From: Alphaproteobacteria bacterium | GTDB taxonomy: Bacteria > Pseudomonadota > Alphaproteobacteria > Puniceispirillales > Puniceispirillaceae | Length of the DNA stretch: 64,000 bases | Assembly (NCBI GenBank): GCA_018666135.1 | Contig: JABJAN010000011.1 | Location: forward strand, 4,394 to 68,393 | Direction of reading: 5' to 3' | Shown: positions 61,077-64,000 of the stretch, piece by piece | Layout of the letters: each line of letters begins with the position of its first letter | How positions within the stretch are numbered: position 1 is the first letter of the stretch | Translations under genes and position numbers: made by a program | The notes under the pieces: model-generated | What the model was told of the DNA's origin: nothing | The model's database searches: none | Seen by the model: only the letters and a program-made list of their open reading frames with translations

Positions 61077-62141
61077 TTAGAATGACATATTTAAAAGCAT
61101 TGCGACAATGATTACCTGAGGGACAGTCACAAGCGGCAAGAATAAAGCAATCTTCCAGCTTTTAGTCGTGTCTTTTAAAATAACAATCTCCGTGTAATCA
61201 GTTGCAACACCTGCCATTAAAAAAGCAAATCCATTTCCAGGTGCATTCGCACGGTTTAATATATCTGTCGCTAGCGGTGTTGAGCCTTCTGAACAGACTT
61301 CGATTATGGTTGCCACTATGATGGTTATAGCCAAACCTGCAACAGTAGGTCCAAAATAATTCTCAAATTGTGCTGGATCCAAAACAACCCTAATTATCGA
61401 TGCAAGCAATACTCCAAACAACAACCAGCGCACCACCATTTTAGATTCAACAATCCCATCCAAAATAACTTCTTTGCAAAATGTAAGATCAAATTTAGAA
61501 GCAGATATGCCTTGTTTTGCATTCTGCCAAAAATGAAATCCATCTGGCAGCACCACCTTATTTTGATTTGGAGGCAAGGTGCCGCGTTTTACAAGTAGTT
61601 CAAAAACCCACCCTGTAATTATCGCAATCACAAGCGAGAGAAGTATAAATGAAATTGTCCAGAAAAAACCAATTAATACCAAGGTTAGGGAAAAAGAATT
61701 CCAAGGGCTAGCTATCAAAAAAGCGATAACCTGTCCTGCACTTGCACCACGCTCATATAATTTCACTGCGACCATCAAAATACCATGCGAGCATAAATCA
61801 AGTAACACGCCTGCACCTGCCGACCGTATCAAGCCGTTAAACGACCCCCCTTCACCTAATATAGATAAAATAAACTCTCTTGGAACCTTGGATAAAAGAC
61901 CAATGAATATCGCGCCTATTAAAACACCCCACCAAATTGAATGCACCATATGAAATACGGATGCAGATAAAGTGGTTAACCATGGCTGCCCAGATATTTC
62001 AAAAAAAGCCATGAAAAATAAAATAGTAACGCCCACTAACGAACCCCAAAAAAGTACGTCTATTCGTCTTTTTTCTGGATGACAGGAGAGATTCTCTGTT
62101 TCATGTTTTCCGTGTTGGTTGGCTTTTTTTTCTTTAACCAA
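61077..62141 (-). CDS. Polytopic permease (UPF0718 / COG0701, ArsP-like)
   Basis: 354 aa with about 8-10 TM helices and paired motifs LDLCSHGILMVAVKLYERGAS.G..IAFL.ASPWNS and EVCSEGSTPLA. The start codon is TTG. Confidence 0.7.
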   Translation of the reverse strand: MVKEKKANQHGKHETENLSCHPEKRRIDVLFWGSLVGVTILFFMAFFEISGQPWLTTLSASVFHMVHSIWWGVLIGAIFIGLLSKVPREFILSILGEGGSFNGLIRSAGAGVLLDLCSHGILMVAVKLYERGASAGQVIAFLIASPWNSFSLTLVLIGFFWTISFILLSLVIAIITGWVFELLVKRGTLPPNQNKVVLPDGFHFWQNAKQGISASKFDLTFCKEVILDGIVESKMVVRWLLFGVLLASIIRVVLDPAQFENYFGPTVAGLAITIIVATIIEVCSEGSTPLATDILNRANAPGNGFAFLMAGVATDYTEIVILKDTTKSWKIALFLPLVTVPQVIIVAMLLNMSF

Positions 62142-62223
62142 GTTAATTTGTCCTTAAAATTATGTGCTAAAATTGAGGTTATTTACTGAAGATGTAGGGA
62201 AGATACATAGTAAAAAAATCTTT

Positions 62224-62258
62224 TTAATTTTTCCTTAATTTTTCTTTAATTTTTTTCC
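62224..62258. repeat. Three helically phased (11-bp) T-tract repeats TTAATTTTTCY in a divergent promoter region
   Basis: ttaatttttcc / ttaatttttct / ttaatttttttcc in direct succession. Confidence 0.85.
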
Positions 62259-62390
62259 TCCATAATCATGTTTAAGCATTAGGATTCCTATAATCTTTTT
62301 TTACACAAAAATATTTGATAAATTGGCTTGCGTTTTTGACAAAGGCTGATTATCACCACTGGCTCACTGCCTTACCAAGGAGAGTAACAA

Positions 62391-62984
62391 ATGAAAAAAT
62401 GGGTGCCTTTTGCCTCAAAGCTTGGAGAACTTTCTGATTTTATTCAGCAAAAAGCGGATAGTCAGAAAGCTCGATGGGGGCTTTATTTTTATGCAGCACT
62501 AGAATCCATTATTATTCCAATTCCAACCGACCCTTTGCTGGCGACGTGTGTTTATGCAGCGCCAAAGCGTTGGTGGCAGCTTGCAATTTGGACTGCAATC
62601 TATTCTGTAATTGGCGGTTTAGTTGGTTGGAGTATAGGATGGTTTATGGGTGATTTTGTAAGTTTTATCTTAACAAATGATACTATTCCTTTTTTAACAG
62701 CTGAGAAATTTGCTACTGTTTCAGCCGAATTTACACAACATGGATTATTAATCGTTTTGCTTGGGGCATTTACGCCACTACCCTTCAAGTTAGTTACTGT
62801 TACAGCTGGGCTATTTCAGTTTTCTATATTTCCTTTTTTAATTGCCTCTATGTTTGGCAGGGTTGTCAGGTTTTTACTTGTTGCGGGTCTTATAAGATAT
62901 CACCGTGATCCTAAAATTCTTGTTTTGATTAGCTGCCTTATTGGAATAGCATTGACATTGAGCTATATCATTATGGGGCGTTAA
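62391..62984 (+). CDS. YqaA-family (DedA-related, COG1238) membrane protein
   Basis: 197 aa, 4-5 TM, resembling E. coli YqaA as I recall it (ES.IIPIP.D, IGG..G, P.K.VT..AG). Confidence 0.7.
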   Translation: MKKWVPFASKLGELSDFIQQKADSQKARWGLYFYAALESIIIPIPTDPLLATCVYAAPKRWWQLAIWTAIYSVIGGLVGWSIGWFMGDFVSFILTNDTIPFLTAEKFATVSAEFTQHGLLIVLLGAFTPLPFKLVTVTAGLFQFSIFPFLIASMFGRVVRFLLVAGLIRYHRDPKILVLISCLIGIALTLSYIIMGR

Positions 62985-63028
62985 GTAATTTAGGCAAAAT
63001 CTGCTCATCAAATTTGGGGGGAAACTAA

Positions 63029-63499
63029 GTGAGAATCACATTAAAACAAGCTGTTTTATTCTGCGGTTTAATCTCATTTACACTGCTTGCCTCTGCATTC
63101 TGGTTTGAGTATTTTGTTGGTTTATATCCGTGTAAATTATGCATTTGGCAACGCTGGCCACACGCGGCTATACTTGTGTTAGCATTAGCAGGATTTACCA
63201 TATTCAGATCAAGATGGGTGTTATTACTAATTGCGGTTTCTGCTATGATCACGGGGATAATTGGGCTTTACCATGCTGGCGTCGAGCAAGGCTTATGGCA
63301 AGGACCTTCAGGATGCACTAACCAGTTGAATTCCACTGCAGACATCTCTAGTTTAACAGAGGCATTATTAGCAATGCCCGTTGTTAAATGTGATGAAATC
63401 GTCTGGTCGTTGATAGGCATTTCGATGGCTGGATGGAATAGCATAGCAAGTTTTGGACTTGCCGTTCTAGCATTAGCTTTTTGGCAGAAATTAAAGTAA
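63029..63499 (+). CDS. dsbB: Disulfide bond formation protein B (DsbB family)
   Basis: 4 TM helices. The first periplasmic loop carries CKLCIWQRWPH and the second carries the Cys pair C...C (GCTNQ...VKCDE). The start codon is GTG. Confidence 0.85.
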   Translation: MRITLKQAVLFCGLISFTLLASAFWFEYFVGLYPCKLCIWQRWPHAAILVLALAGFTIFRSRWVLLLIAVSAMITGIIGLYHAGVEQGLWQGPSGCTNQLNSTADISSLTEALLAMPVVKCDEIVWSLIGISMAGWNSIASFGLAVLALAFWQKLK

Positions 63500-63515
63500 A
63501 TATAGGTATATTAAA

Positions 63516-64000
63516 ATGCACGATAAAAAACAACTGGCAGAATTTTTAAGAGTAGACCATGCAGGAGAACGGGCTGCCCAAACAATCTATAAAGGGCAAT
63601 TAGCTGTTCTAAAAAACCATCCTGCCGCTGAGGAAATTCAGCATATGATGGAACAAGAACAAGTGCATCTTGATACTTTTGATAATTTATTAAATGAATA
63701 TCAGGTACGCCCATCTCTTTTTGACCCTGTATGGGGATTTGCGGGCTTTAGCCTTGGTGTTGTTAGCGCTGCGCTTGGTCCCAAAGCAGCAATGGCATGC
63801 ACTATTGCAGTAGAAGAAGTAATCGGTGGGCATTATCAAAAACAAGTTGACGCTCTTGAAGATACTGATGTTGACCCAGAGCTTGTTAATACATTAGCCC
63901 AATTCCGAGATGAAGAATTAGAACATAAAAATATCGCCGTTGCGAGTGAGGGTGAAAAGGCACCTGCCTATCAATTGCTTAAATTTGTCATTCAGACTGG
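63516..64000 (+). CDS. coq7: Demethoxyubiquinone hydroxylase Coq7 (3' end outside the window)
   Basis: It is not in the ORF track because no stop falls within the window. My translation is MHDKKQLAEFLRVDHAGERAAQTIYKGQL...EQVHL..F......RPSLF.P.W...GF.LG...FRDEELEHKN, which carries the di-iron carboxylate motifs. Confidence 0.88.
   Translation, partial: MHDKKQLAEFLRVDHAGERAAQTIYKGQLAVLKNHPAAEEIQHMMEQEQVHLDTFDNLLNEYQVRPSLFDPVWGFAGFSLGVVSAALGPKAAMACTIAVEEVIGGHYQKQVDALEDTDVDPELVNTLAQFRDEELEHKNIAVASEGEKAPAYQLLKFVIQT

Noticed and set aside
60656-62390. Genomic island or integrated element at tRNA-Leu
   Set aside because: There is no integrase, recombinase, phage or plasmid gene and no duplicated tRNA 3' segment. 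The flanking genes are ordinary membrane proteins. Only the short 17-nt duplication is retained as a minor finding.
63511-63714. 67-aa minus-strand ORF listed in the track
   Set aside because: It is antisense to the plus-strand coq7 frame, which is open from 63516 to the window end and carries diagnostic Coq7 motifs.

Overview
This window looks like a 64-kb core-chromosome segment of a low-GC (roughly 40%, estimated by eye) alphaproteobacterium. The synteny is typical for that group. It includes a split F0 operon atpI-atpB-atpE-b'-b, an aa3 cytochrome oxidase cluster ctaC-ctaD-ctaB-(small ORF)-ctaG-ctaE-SURF1, and the runs mutY/DUF721/dsbA/smc, ispH-thrB-rnhA, rsmE-gshA (plant-type) and ribF-ileS-lspA-DUF3035-mutL. 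There is also a lipid A/Kdo block (msbA, DUF374, waaA, lpxK, lpxL-like), plus DUF1491/DUF1674 and coq7. Coding density is very high, and seven convergent gene pairs abut or overlap at their stop codons. The only RNA gene I can support is tRNA-Leu(CAA). I see no rRNA, CRISPR array, transposase, integrase, prophage or recognisable defence system, and I found no convincing novel multi-gene system. The observations most worth follow-up are local. (1) At the left edge, two translationally coupled cNMP-binding-fold proteins with no output domain converge on an MBL-fold hydrolase. (2) A HisD-family dehydrogenase has substitutions at canonical Zn/substrate positions. (3) The Kdo transferase gene carries an in-frame array of 11 x 12-nt tandem repeats. 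(4) An untracked 45-aa membrane ORF sits in the cox cluster, and a strong intrinsic terminator separates ctaE from SURF1. (5) A DsbA-family protein carries a twin-arginine-like leader. All functional calls rest on motif recognition by eye; no searches were run.
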